Source of the DNA: Spirochaetia bacterium
Lineage (GTDB): Bacteria; Spirochaetota; Spirochaetia; DSM-2461
Assembly: GCA_963666985.2 (NCBI GenBank)
Contig: CAXXIA010000001.1
Location: 576,001 to 640,000 of the forward strand
Reading direction: 5' to 3'
DNA: 64,000 nt
The notes under the pieces are model-generated. The model did not search any database. It saw nothing but the letters and a program-made list of their open reading frames with translations, and was not told the DNA's origin. Below are positions 10,484 through 19,704 of the stretch, piece after piece (the first letter of the stretch is position 1; every line of letters starts with the position of its first letter). Made by a program: the position numbers and the translations under genes.

Positions 10484-10587
10484 CCCGACGCGGTAACGGT
10501 TCGGGCCGGCCGCATCATCTTAAGGGGGCCTGTTCGGCCGGAAAGTCCCCGCCCGACGCCTTATCGGTCCGCGCCGGTCCCATCATC
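10484..10587. repeat. Imperfect 36-bp direct-repeat pair separated by 32 bp, upstream of hisS
   Basis: 10484-10519 CCCGACGCGGTAACGGTTCGGGCCGGCCGCATCATC vs 10552-10587 CCCGACGCCTTATCGGTCCGCGCCGGTCCCATCATC (29/36 identical). Confidence 0.6.
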
Positions 10588-10730
10588 GCCCGATGCGGTT
10601 ATCTCGGCAAGAGGCGGCTGCCGATGCGATTTTCCGAATCCTCCGGGTTGTCTTTATCCTGTTTCACAGGTCCTTCCGTCGTCTTGTCGCGGAGGTTTCC
10701 ATAAGAGCCGATTCGGTTCCGCTGCCTCGA

Positions 10731-10759
10731 TTGCTCCTTATAAGAGGAAACGTTATGAT
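10731..10759 (+). promoter_or_regulatory. sigma70-like promoter of pcnB-ugd (TTGCTC-N17-TATGAT)
   Basis: Hexamers with a 17-nt spacer, 23 nt upstream of ATG 10783. Confidence 0.6.
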
Positions 10760-10782
10760 ACAATTCAGGAATAACCGAAGAC

Positions 10783-11961
10783 ATGCGCAGCCGATACTTC
10801 CGCGACGATAAAGGTAAACTCACGGCGAAGGCCGTTATTTATGAGCATCCGGATCATGGGATTTCACGAATGGCCATAGATCATGATGCCAGGAAGATTT
10901 GTTCCCGACTGACTTCTCAGGGGCACGAAGCCTATATCGTCGGCGGAGCCGTTCGCGATTTGCTGCTGAAGAGAACTCCGAAGGATTTCGATATTGCAAC
11001 GGACGCTTCGCCGAGCCGCGTGAAAAAATTATTTCGGAATTCCAGAATCATCGGGAAAAGATTTCGTCTTGTTCATGTTTATTTCAAAGACGGGAAAATC
11101 ATGGAAGTGGCGACCTTCCGAGCTCCCGAATCCGGGAACCACAATCATGTTTACGGAACATTGAACGAAGATGTCATGCGGCGTGATTTTTCACTGAACG
11201 CCCTCTATTACTGTCCCGAGGAAGAAACAATCATCGACTTTGTTAAAGGCGTTAAGGATATCCGAAAAGGGGTAATACGGAGTGTTCTGCCCTTATCGGA
11301 TTCTTTTATCGAAGATCCCGTACGGATGCTCCGGGCGGTAAAGTACGCGGCTTTAACGGGCATGAAGATGGCCCCGTCCGTAAGCCGAAAGATTCGAAGG
11401 CAGGCCCATCTTCTTGCCGGCGCTTCCGTTTCCCGTCTTTCGGAAGAACTTCATAAAATTCTTAAAAGCGGGAATTCCGAGATTATTCTGCGCCTTATGG
11501 ATCGTTACGGACTTCTCTCTCCCATGCTTCCCGGATTCTCGCAGGCCTTTGAAGAATCCGGAACCGGGAAGAAAGGGAATCTGAAAGAAGATTTTTTCTT
11601 AAGTCTGGCAAAACTTGACCAAGCCATGCTTTCCGAGAATATTTCCCGCGGAACGATGATCGCGAGACTTTCCGAACCGGTTTTGGATGCGCAGGGGACT
11701 TTTGAGAAAAAAAACGGAACTCCTCCGATGTTTTCGGATGCCGTCAGGGATTTGAAGGCCCTCCTCAGACCTTTGGTACAGCCCAATAAGGATGTTGAAG
11801 AAGCCGTTCGGCGGATTTTCATCGAGCGCGGATTGAAACTTCCGAGGAAACGTCCCAGGCATCCCGAAGTCCGTGCGGCGGAACATGAGCGTGAAAACTA
11901 TCAGAAGAGGCGGCGGCGGAAGAAAAAAGGCGCCGGGGTTCAAACCTCCATCGAGGAATAA
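10783..11961 (+). CDS. pcnB: Poly(A) polymerase I
   Basis: Motifs VGGAVRD, PKDFDIATDA, the PAP-specific IIGKRFRLVHV, EVATFR, RRDF and EDPVRMLRA; basic C-terminal tail. Confidence 0.92.
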   Translation: MRSRYFRDDKGKLTAKAVIYEHPDHGISRMAIDHDARKICSRLTSQGHEAYIVGGAVRDLLLKRTPKDFDIATDASPSRVKKLFRNSRIIGKRFRLVHVYFKDGKIMEVATFRAPESGNHNHVYGTLNEDVMRRDFSLNALYYCPEEETIIDFVKGVKDIRKGVIRSVLPLSDSFIEDPVRMLRAVKYAALTGMKMAPSVSRKIRRQAHLLAGASVSRLSEELHKILKSGNSEIILRLMDRYGLLSPMLPGFSQAFEESGTGKKGNLKEDFFLSLAKLDQAMLSENISRGTMIARLSEPVLDAQGTFEKKNGTPPMFSDAVRDLKALLRPLVQPNKDVEEAVRRIFIERGLKLPRKRPRHPEVRAAEHERENYQKRRRRKKKGAGVQTSIEE

Positions 11962-11989
11962 TCCATAAAAGCTTCCAAAAGGACAAAAC

Positions 11990-13291
11990 ATGACGGATAT
12001 CACAGTAATCGGAACAGGTTATGTGGGACTTGTGGCCGCCGTGGGGCTTGCCGATTTCGGCAACAGAGTCGTCGGAGCCGACATCAACGAAGAGAAAATC
12101 GCCCAATTGAAGAATGGCGTCCCGCCGATTTATGAGCCGGGCATAGAAGAGTATCTGAAAAGAAATTTATCTTCCGGACGGCTCACGTTCACCGCCGATG
12201 TCGATGTGGCGGTCCGCGGCGCCGATGTCGTGTTCTTGGCGGTGGGCACGCCGCCGAAAGAAGACGGTTCGGCCGATTTAAGCTATTTGGAATCGGCGGC
12301 GGATACGATTGCGGATAATACCAAAGGCTACACCGTGGTTGTAACCAAATCGACTGTTCCGGTCGGAACAAATCGTGCTCTGCAGAAACGTATCCACGAA
12401 AGGAATCCGGATGCCGATATTGACGTGGTTTCCAATCCGGAATTCCTCCGGGAGGGGCGTGCCGTTCAAGATTTTTTTCACCCGGACAGAACGGTTATCG
12501 GCACCGAATCGGAACGGGCGCGGGAAGTTATCCGAACGGTCTACAGAACTCTGAATCTGATTTCCGTACCGTTCGTTTGGTGCGGACTTGAAACGGCCGA
12601 GCTCATCAAGTATGCCTCGAACGCGTTCTTGGCCACGAAAATAACGTATATCAATCAGATGGCAAACTTGGCCGAAGCGGTCGGGGCCGATATTCATGCC
12701 GTGGCGAAATCCATGGGGATGGACGGACGCATCAGCTCGAAATTCCTTCATCCGGGACCGGGTTACGGAGGCAGCTGTTTCCCGAAGGATACCAAAGCCG
12801 TGGTGAAAACGGGCGAAGAGGCCGGCGTCGACATGTCGCTGATTAAGTCGGTGATTGAGGCGAACGAAAAACAGAAAAAACGCATAACTCTTATTCTTGC
12901 CGAAATGATGGGGCCGCTTCAGGGCAAAACCGTCGCCGTCCTCGGTTTAACGTTTAAATCCGAAACCGACGATATCCGTGACTCGCCCTCGTTAACCGTC
13001 GTATCCGATATTTTGGCCGCGGGAGCACTCGTCAGAGCTCACGATCCTCAAGGAATGACGAATTTTAAGGCTTCCATTCCGGAAACGCAGTGTCTGGAAA
13101 CATCCTATGACGCTTTGGACGGAGCCGATGCGCTTGTATTAATGACCGAATGGAATGAATACCGTTCCTTGGATCTGAGCGTTGCGGCGGATCGGATGAA
13201 GGGACGTGTTATTCTGGACGCCCGAAACCTTCTGGATCCGGATATCGCCCGGGAGCTCGGATTTCATTATCGAGGGATCGGACGGGGCTGA
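11990..13291 (+). CDS. ugd: UDP-glucose 6-dehydrogenase
   Basis: Motifs GTGYVGL, AVGTP, KSTVPVGT, SNPEFLREG, AELIKYASN, GYGGSCFPKD. Confidence 0.95.
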   Translation: MTDITVIGTGYVGLVAAVGLADFGNRVVGADINEEKIAQLKNGVPPIYEPGIEEYLKRNLSSGRLTFTADVDVAVRGADVVFLAVGTPPKEDGSADLSYLESAADTIADNTKGYTVVVTKSTVPVGTNRALQKRIHERNPDADIDVVSNPEFLREGRAVQDFFHPDRTVIGTESERAREVIRTVYRTLNLISVPFVWCGLETAELIKYASNAFLATKITYINQMANLAEAVGADIHAVAKSMGMDGRISSKFLHPGPGYGGSCFPKDTKAVVKTGEEAGVDMSLIKSVIEANEKQKKRITLILAEMMGPLQGKTVAVLGLTFKSETDDIRDSPSLTVVSDILAAGALVRAHDPQGMTNFKASIPETQCLETSYDALDGADALVLMTEWNEYRSLDLSVAADRMKGRVILDARNLLDPDIARELGFHYRGIGRG

Positions 13292-13299
13292 AAGCCCTC

Positions 13300-13344
13300 A
13301 AAAAAACAAAACGGCGCGGAATCCGGCTTCGGCCGGACCTCGCG
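13300..13344 (-). terminator. Intrinsic terminator for the P-loop/Asp23 gene
   Basis: Hairpin TCCGGC-TTCG-GCCGGA, extended by CGCG pairs and followed on the minus strand by TTTTGTTTTTTT. Confidence 0.6.
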
Positions 13345-13349
13345 GTATT

Positions 13350-13517
13350 TAACAGGCTGTTGAAAAAGGATCTTATGGTCCGTATACGGCGTTGAATCAA
13401 TGCTCGAAATGCTCACGTACAGCCGGTACGCTGCGCTTTCTGTGCTTGATTCGGCAGCGAGCTGCGAGTCTCGCTCGCTATCTTCGAACCAAATCTTACT
13501 TTTTCAACAGCCTGTTA
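13350..13517. mobile_element. MITE-like element, copy 2 (complete, flanked by TA)
   Basis: TIRs ACAGGCTGTTGAAAAAG / CTTTTTCAACAGCCTGT with TA on both sides; no transposase; internal hairpins. Confidence 0.85.
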
Positions 13518-14483
13518 GGCGTCCGAGTTGTCGAATTCCGGAGTTTCGTGTTCCGATGTCACCCATTTGCGGCTTCGTTTGGCGACGCTGCCGATAACCA
13601 AATCAAATTCGGCGATCATGATGCCGGTGAATTTTTCAATGCGGTCGGCTACGTAATTTCTCAGCTCGTGCAGGTTGTCCGTCAGCCTGTTCCCGTAAGG
13701 AACTTCTACTTCGGCCCTTATATAATACACGCCGGCATGGGGTCTGATGCGGACCTTCCGTACGATCAGCTCATCGTCGAATTCGTCCACGCAATGAGCG
13801 ATCATTTGTCCCAAGGCATATTCGCTGATGGCAACCTTGCCCTTATCTTCATTGTGAAACGAGGGCTGAACCACGGATTTTTCGTAGACTCGATGGCCTT
13901 TCGCTTTCCGTCGCCCGAAACCGCGTCCGATTTTAAAGAGTACTTTTATGGAATCCGCGATGAGCTGCGGATAGTCCCGTTCAACTTCGATGGAAGGAAC
14001 GGGGATAACGTGTTTGCCTTCTTCGTTTCGTGATTTCTGTGCTTTCTGGATATCTTCTTCGGATGAAATCTCTTCTATGGTAATAATTTTCGAAGGAGGA
14101 GGAAGCTCCAATCGTTCGGCCGTTCTGGCGACCATGCGTTCGGAGGTGCCCAGAAGAAGGATTTTTTTGATTTTCCTTGCCTTGATGGCTTTGATAACTT
14201 CATGTCTGTGAAGCGGATCGTCGAAAAGTGCCGTTCTGACGGCGCTCATGTAAACCTGCTCCCTTTTCGCGGACTTTCCGGCCACGATGCTGTTGCCCTG
14301 AATGAGAAGGCCGTCGTCGACGATGTAATCGATGCCGTAATTCTCGGCAACGAGCTTGGCCCGAAAGCTTTTACCCGTTCCGCTTTTCCCCACAAGGGCG
14401 TAAACTTTCATACCGCCTAAGAGCCGGCGCAGATGATCCGAAAGACCGGCACGCCGCTTTACCGCGTTTTCCTCCTGACTCAT
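13515..14483 (-). CDS. P-loop NTPase-like domain fused to an Asp23/Gls24-like C-terminal domain
   Basis: LVGKSGTGKS Walker A and VDDGLLI; the C-terminal GKVAISEYAL...EVPYG...RIEKFTGI pattern resembles Asp23. SD GAGG precedes ATG 14483. Confidence 0.65.
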   Translation of the reverse strand: MSQEENAVKRRAGLSDHLRRLLGGMKVYALVGKSGTGKSFRAKLVAENYGIDYIVDDGLLIQGNSIVAGKSAKREQVYMSAVRTALFDDPLHRHEVIKAIKARKIKKILLLGTSERMVARTAERLELPPPSKIITIEEISSEEDIQKAQKSRNEEGKHVIPVPSIEVERDYPQLIADSIKVLFKIGRGFGRRKAKGHRVYEKSVVQPSFHNEDKGKVAISEYALGQMIAHCVDEFDDELIVRKVRIRPHAGVYYIRAEVEVPYGNRLTDNLHELRNYVADRIEKFTGIMIAEFDLVIGSVAKRSRKWVTSEHETPEFDNSDA

Positions 14484-14686
14484 GGAAACCTCACAGGTTG
14501 ACATTAGGTATTCCGAAACGATGGGTCAAGGAAAATAAGGCTGAAATTCCTTCGTTTTTTTCATGCGGGGCAAACTCCAAAAAATCCCTTTGCTTGACAA
14601 GGAATCATACCTCAATAAGAATAATCTTCGTGTCCGATATCTCCCGTATTCGCAAAGTATTATTCTTGGAACATAAATCATCCGCG

Positions 14687-16222
14687 ATGCGAATTCTAAT
14701 ATTACTTTTTTGCCTGGTATTAATTCCCTCCGTTTTTTTCGTGATTCATGAAAGCCGCCTTGAGGCGCCTTCGTATTTGCCGGGTTGGTTTATTCTTCGT
14801 TTGGACGCATCCGATGCCGAAGCGGCCTCGGCCGCGCTGATCCGCGGCGGAGTGGAAGGTTCCCTTTCGGAATGGAACGCCGATGTGACGGTTATGACCA
14901 TACCCGAAACCCAAAGGGTTCGGGTGGCCGATCTGGACGACATCCTTTCTCCCGGAGACCCCCGGCGCGATCCTTTTCTCTCAAGTGTTGCCGATTTGTT
15001 TCGATCCGGTTCGTCGTCTCTGATTTATTTACCCGCCGATCGCGGGATCCGTGACTATCGTAAAATACTGGAATCCGATCCCGTATTCACCGGAGCTGAG
15101 ATTCTCGACGATAATAGGCGGCCGAATCTTTTTTCGGCTTTCATCTTTCTCTGTGCCGTCGCCGTTTTCGCTTGGGCGAGAAAGGGGCGGAGGATTGCCG
15201 TTCTTGTTTCGAGCATTCCCGTGCTGGTTTTCTTTCTTTCCTCGGGCGCGAACGATCCGTTTCCCTATCTCGCGCTGCCTGTATCTCTGGTGCTTTTCAG
15301 CCGCCGCGGCTGGAAGGCCGCCGTTTCCTGTGCTGCCGTTTCCGCCGCCGTTGTCCTTCCGGCCGCATCCTTGGAAACACGATATCTTTTTCCCGCGCTG
15401 ATCGCTTTTCTCAGTTCGGCGGCGATCTTTTTCATTTTGCCGGGATATTTTGGCGGCGCTCTTTCCGATTCCGCTGAAAAAAAGGCTTTGAGCGCTCCGC
15501 CCGATAAGACGCGGCGGACGAATCGGAAAAAAAGACGTACCGAGCATGTTCTTTTTGAACCTGTTTCCCTCGTAAAGAAATCTTCTCCGGTTCCAAACCG
15601 ATTTTCGTTAAAAAACGCGGCGGCAGGCTTCGCGGCCCTTGCGGTTCTGCTTGTTGTTTGGATAATTCCTTTCGGAGGATCGTCCCCCGTTCATGATCCC
15701 GTGCCGAGCGCCGCGGAATCATACGGGAAGATATTGAACCGATCGGCAATGGCGGCTCTCGATGCGAATCGGGATTATCGGAATCTTCCGGACATCGCGG
15801 CGCTTTTAGCTTCGGTTTCGCATCAAGAGGGTTTTTTATACGGCGCGGAGTACCGGCTTCCGATGCCGGGCGAAAAGCTGACATTCACCGAATATAAAAA
15901 CGAAGACGGCCGCATCATCGGGTATGAGAATGCCGTTGTTTCGTACACCGGTGATTGGTATGAACATCTTTTGGAACGGGAAACTTCCGAGGGTGTCGGT
16001 TTGCTGTTTTCAAAACTTGACGGTGCCGCATCTGTAAAGCCGGCATCGTCAAAGCCCGTGAAAATTTTATTGAGGGCAAATCCCGTACTCACGGCCGCCC
16101 TTCGATGTATCATATCGGTGATGGCCGCGATTTTGCTGCTTTCACCGGAAAAAACAACGGAATTAAGAATAAGCGAAAGGATATCGATACAGATTTCGCG
16201 CAGGAGGGCTCAAGCCGCATGA
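14687..16222 (+). CDS. Hypothetical multi-pass membrane protein coupled to rnfC
   Basis: 512-codon ORF with an N-terminal hydrophobic helix, a central TM cluster and a C-terminal TM helix; its stop overlaps the rnfC start (ATGA at 16219-16222). Confidence 0.75.
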   Translation: MRILILLFCLVLIPSVFFVIHESRLEAPSYLPGWFILRLDASDAEAASAALIRGGVEGSLSEWNADVTVMTIPETQRVRVADLDDILSPGDPRRDPFLSSVADLFRSGSSSLIYLPADRGIRDYRKILESDPVFTGAEILDDNRRPNLFSAFIFLCAVAVFAWARKGRRIAVLVSSIPVLVFFLSSGANDPFPYLALPVSLVLFSRRGWKAAVSCAAVSAAVVLPAASLETRYLFPALIAFLSSAAIFFILPGYFGGALSDSAEKKALSAPPDKTRRTNRKKRRTEHVLFEPVSLVKKSSPVPNRFSLKNAAAGFAALAVLLVVWIIPFGGSSPVHDPVPSAAESYGKILNRSAMAALDANRDYRNLPDIAALLASVSHQEGFLYGAEYRLPMPGEKLTFTEYKNEDGRIIGYENAVVSYTGDWYEHLLERETSEGVGLLFSKLDGAASVKPASSKPVKILLRANPVLTAALRCIISVMAAILLLSPEKTTELRISERISIQISRRRAQAA

Positions 16223-17556
16223 ACCGACTTCGTACATTCGCCCGCGGTGGCGTTCATCCCCCGGACGGAAAGGCCTTGGCGTCCGATAAACCGATAAGGA
16301 ATGCTCCGCTGCCTTCATTGGCGGTGGTGCCGTTCTCTCAGCATATCGGTGCGCCTGCGAATCCGACGATTTCCGTCGGTGATCATGTCTGTGAAGGGCA
16401 GATGATCGCGGAACCCTCAGGGTTTGTTTCCGCGGCGGTCCATTCTCCCATCCCGGGAACGGTGAAGGAGATCAAGACGATTTACCTCCCGAGCGGGGTG
16501 AAAACGGGAGCGGCCGTTATCGAACTCGACGGTGAATTCACTCAATTGGGAAAAACAGTGAAACCGGCGGACTGGTCCTCCATGGATCAGCCGGCCATCC
16601 TCGAGATTCTCAAAAAGCATGGAATCGTGGGGCAGGGCGGAGCAACGTTTCCTTCTCACGTGAAATTCACCGTACCGAAAGGGAAGGACTGCGAGGTTTT
16701 TCTGGTGAATGCCGCCGAATGCGAACCTTATCTGACCGCGGATCATCGACTTCTGGTGGAGCGCAGCGACGATGTTATTGAAGGAATGAGGATTATTTCC
16801 AAACTGCTCAATCCGAAACGGTCCATCGTCGCCATCGAAGCGAATAAACCCGACGCCGTTAAAAAAATGGCGGCCGCGGGTGCCGCTTACGGAATCGAAG
16901 TGATTCCCCTGAAGGTGAAATATCCGCAAGGCGCCGAAAAAAATCTCATCGAAGCCGTTCTGGGCCGTGAGGTTCCTTCCGGGAAGCTTCCCATTGAGGT
17001 CGGTGTTATCAACGCGAATGTCGGAACCCTTGTTTCGGTCTGCGAAGCGGTCCGGGACGATAAGCCGGTCATCGAGCGTGTGGTGACCGTATCGGGCGGC
17101 GCCATTCGAAATCCCGGGAACATCAGGGCGAGAATCGGCTGTCTGGTCAGAGATCTCATCGAAGAATGCGGAGGTTTCTCCGACGAACCGGTTAAGTTCG
17201 TCAGCGGCGGTCCCATGATGGGATTTGCCTTCGGCGATTTGGATACGCCGGTTACCAAGGGCACAAGCGGGATTCTTGCGCTGACCCGCAAAGAAGTGAA
17301 ATCGTTTGAACCGACGGCCTGTTTGTCCTGCGGACGCTGCGTTGCGGCCTGTCCGATGGGGCTTTCCCCGACGACGATCTTTAAAAATATCGAGCATGAG
17401 CGTTTGGACGCTGCCGTTGAGCTCGGACTGAACGACTGCGTCCTTTGCGGCGCCTGTGCTTATTCCTGTCCGGCTCACATTCCTTTGGTTTCGGCTTTTA
17501 GAGCCGGACGCGGACGCCTCAGGCGGCTTGATGCCTTCAGAAAGGATAACCGATGA
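16219..17556 (+). CDS. rnfC: Rnf electron transport complex subunit C
   Basis: Motifs GGVHPP, QHIGAPA, GQGGATFPSHVK, NAAECEPYLTAD, KYPQGAEK, GGPMMG and two CxxCxxCxxxCP clusters. Confidence 0.96.
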   Translation: MNRLRTFARGGVHPPDGKALASDKPIRNAPLPSLAVVPFSQHIGAPANPTISVGDHVCEGQMIAEPSGFVSAAVHSPIPGTVKEIKTIYLPSGVKTGAAVIELDGEFTQLGKTVKPADWSSMDQPAILEILKKHGIVGQGGATFPSHVKFTVPKGKDCEVFLVNAAECEPYLTADHRLLVERSDDVIEGMRIISKLLNPKRSIVAIEANKPDAVKKMAAAGAAYGIEVIPLKVKYPQGAEKNLIEAVLGREVPSGKLPIEVGVINANVGTLVSVCEAVRDDKPVIERVVTVSGGAIRNPGNIRARIGCLVRDLIEECGGFSDEPVKFVSGGPMMGFAFGDLDTPVTKGTSGILALTRKEVKSFEPTACLSCGRCVAACPMGLSPTTIFKNIEHERLDAAVELGLNDCVLCGACAYSCPAHIPLVSAFRAGRGRLRRLDAFRKDNR

Positions 17557-18560
17557 AATACGAAACGGTTATATCAACATCTCCGCAGGTGCATTCGGCG
17601 GGATCGACACGATCGGTTATGGCCTGGGTTCTCGCGGCTTTGGCGCCGGCCGCGGCATGGAGCGTGTATCTTTTCGGTCTTCGCGCGGTGATTGTTATCG
17701 CCGTCTCCGCGGCGGCTTCGGTGCTGACCGAGGGGCTTTTAAACGCCGCTTTCGGAAGAAAAAATACGCTTGGCGACCTCAGCGCGGTTGTTACCGGGGT
17801 TCTTGTGGGATTTAATATGCCTCCGGCCGTTCCTCTCTACGTTCCCGCGGTCGCATCCGTTTTCGCCATCGCCGTGGTGAAGTGGAGTTTCGGCGGGCTG
17901 GGAGCGAACTGGATGAATCCCGCCCTTGCGGGCCGCGTTTTCGTTTTTTTCTCCTGGGGAAAAGCGATGACGAGCTGGACCCTTCCGGGAATAGGCGGTG
18001 TTGACGCGGTGAGCGGTCCCACCCCCTTGGGAACTCTTAAAGTCGCTCTTGCCGACATCCCTTCGGGAGTGAACGGTCCCATGAGGCTCTTGGAGTCCGC
18101 GGGCATCCCCACGACCTACCCGGATCTGTTTCTGGGGAAAATGCCCGGATCTCTCGGCGAAATGTCCGCGCTTCTGCTCATCATCGGCGGATTGATTCTG
18201 GTGATTAAAAAGATCGTCGATTGGGAAATCCCTCTGGCGTATCTCGGGAGCTTCGCTCTGCTGATTTGGGCCTTTGACGGCAGGCAGTACGGCGGTCCTC
18301 TTTTCTCCGGTGATGTTCTTTTTCATCTTTTCTCCGGAGGACTGATGCTCGGCGCCTGGTTTATGGCCACCGATATGGCAACGACGCCTCTGACACGGAA
18401 AGGGCGGTTCATTTTCGGATTGGGATGCGGAATCATGACGTTCATCATCCGAAGATTCGGGAATCTCCCCGAGGGAGTGAGTCTGGCCATCATTTTCATG
18501 AATATCTTTACACCCTTAATCGACAGGTTTACCGGACCGAAGCGCTACGGAGTCGAATGA
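17553..18560 (+). CDS. rnfD: Rnf subunit D
   Basis: Motifs DLSAVVTG, FGGLGANWMNPALAGR, SGPTPL (flavinylation Thr), GSLGE, FMATD, PEGVSLAI. Confidence 0.95.
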   Translation: MKYETVISTSPQVHSAGSTRSVMAWVLAALAPAAAWSVYLFGLRAVIVIAVSAAASVLTEGLLNAAFGRKNTLGDLSAVVTGVLVGFNMPPAVPLYVPAVASVFAIAVVKWSFGGLGANWMNPALAGRVFVFFSWGKAMTSWTLPGIGGVDAVSGPTPLGTLKVALADIPSGVNGPMRLLESAGIPTTYPDLFLGKMPGSLGEMSALLLIIGGLILVIKKIVDWEIPLAYLGSFALLIWAFDGRQYGGPLFSGDVLFHLFSGGLMLGAWFMATDMATTPLTRKGRFIFGLGCGIMTFIIRRFGNLPEGVSLAIIFMNIFTPLIDRFTGPKRYGVE

Positions 18561-19102
18561 TGAAGGAAATGACGAGAAAGGCTTTGGGACTGGGGCTTAT
18601 CGGCGCCGTGGCGGCGATTCTGCTTGCCACGGTGAATTCGCTGACCGAACCGGTCATTAATGAAATAAAAGCGGAAAAACTCGCGTCGGCATTAACCGAA
18701 ATGGCTTCCGGCGGAACGCCGGGCGATGTTGAAGAACATCCGGAAAACGGAATCGCCCGAAGATGGCCCATTGAAGGAACAGGCGGCTGGATTCTGGAGC
18801 TGGAAGCGTCCGGATACGGCGGACCGATGACCGTAATCGCCTCTTTTAATCGGGACGGCGATCTGATGGTCGCGAAGCTGATGGACAACGATGAAACCGT
18901 CGGTTTCGGTAAAAAGGCGGAGGAGCCCGGCTACATGGATATTTTCGCCGGGAAAGGCGGCACGGTGCCGATGCCGGTTACCAAGGCACAGCTCGGAGAC
19001 GATGTCGATACGGTCTCCGGAGCAACCGTTACCTTCACGGGCGTCTCGGCGGCTTTGAAAACAGGCTCGGACGCCGTGAAGCGATGGGGGGAAAAGGAAT
19101 GA
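18557..19102 (+). CDS. rnfG: Rnf subunit G
   Basis: N-terminal TM helix, GYGG, ETVGFG, and the SGAT FMN-attachment motif. Confidence 0.92.
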   Translation: MMKEMTRKALGLGLIGAVAAILLATVNSLTEPVINEIKAEKLASALTEMASGGTPGDVEEHPENGIARRWPIEGTGGWILELEASGYGGPMTVIASFNRDGDLMVAKLMDNDETVGFGKKAEEPGYMDIFAGKGGTVPMPVTKAQLGDDVDTVSGATVTFTGVSAALKTGSDAVKRWGEKE

Positions 19103-19704
19103 AGGATCTCTTTAAGGGGCTCCTGCGGGAGAATCCCATCTTTGTGCTGGTCTTGGGACTGTGCCCCTCGCTGGCCGTTTCCACGACGGTGAACAACGCT
19201 TTGGGCATGAGCGCGGCGGCCTTCCTGGTTCTCCTCGGATCGAATGTGGTCATCAGCCTGCTGCGCAAGCATATTCCGGACGACATTCATATTCCCGCGT
19301 ACATCGTGATTATCGCGACGTTCGTTACCATAATCGATATGGCCATGCAGGCTTATTTACCGGCGCTTTCGGAATCGCTCGGGATTTTTATTCCGCTTAT
19401 TGTTGTGAACTGCATCATTTTGGGACGGGCCGAGGCTTTCGCAAGTAAAAACACCGTCGGCGCATCCGTCCTCGACGCCGTGGCCATGGGGCTCGGATTT
19501 GCCGTCGGTCTTATCTCCATCGCTCTGGTGCGCGAAGTTTTGGGAGCCGGCAGCATTACGATTATTCCCGATAAACTGGTTTTTACCATCGGAGGGCTGC
19601 ACGACTCTCCGGCCGTGGTTTTCGCATTCCCCGCCGGCGCGCTCATCGTTGTCGGCTTTCTTCAGGCTTTTTACCGCTGGCTCGGTGAGGTGACAAAGAA
19701 ATGA
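19099..19704 (+). CDS. rnfE: Rnf subunit E
   Basis: Motifs ENPIFVLVLGLCPSLAVS and FIPLIVVNCIILGRAEAFASK. Confidence 0.95.
   Translation: MKDLFKGLLRENPIFVLVLGLCPSLAVSTTVNNALGMSAAAFLVLLGSNVVISLLRKHIPDDIHIPAYIVIIATFVTIIDMAMQAYLPALSESLGIFIPLIVVNCIILGRAEAFASKNTVGASVLDAVAMGLGFAVGLISIALVREVLGAGSITIIPDKLVFTIGGLHDSPAVVFAFPAGALIVVGFLQAFYRWLGEVTKK

Noticed and set aside
10484..10587. Bona fide CRISPR (36-bp repeat, 32-bp spacer)
   Set aside because: There are only two copies at about 80% identity, with no GTT.../...AAC ends, AT-rich leader or cas genes. Kept only as an unexplained repeat.
10461..10780. RNase P RNA or T-box riboswitch upstream of hisS
   Set aside because: GGAAAGTCC at about 10540-10548 resembles the RNase P P4 5' strand, but the matching 3' ACAGAA..CGGCTTA is missing. 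No GGTGGNACCGCG T-box bulge is present on the hisS strand.
14498..14686. Upstream TTG start for the rnf-linked membrane protein, and similarly extended starts for hrpA, rnfC, rnfG, alaS and the FAD subunit
   Set aside because: The extensions run through promoters or overlap neighbouring genes. The downstream ATGs fit signal peptides, coupling or family N-termini better.
16417..17478. Long antisense ORFs (also 26291-27361, 40834-41799, 56197-57219, 9675-10481, 45548-46339)
   Set aside because: These are shadow frames opposite well-supported genes in moderately GC-rich DNA and have no recognisable motifs.
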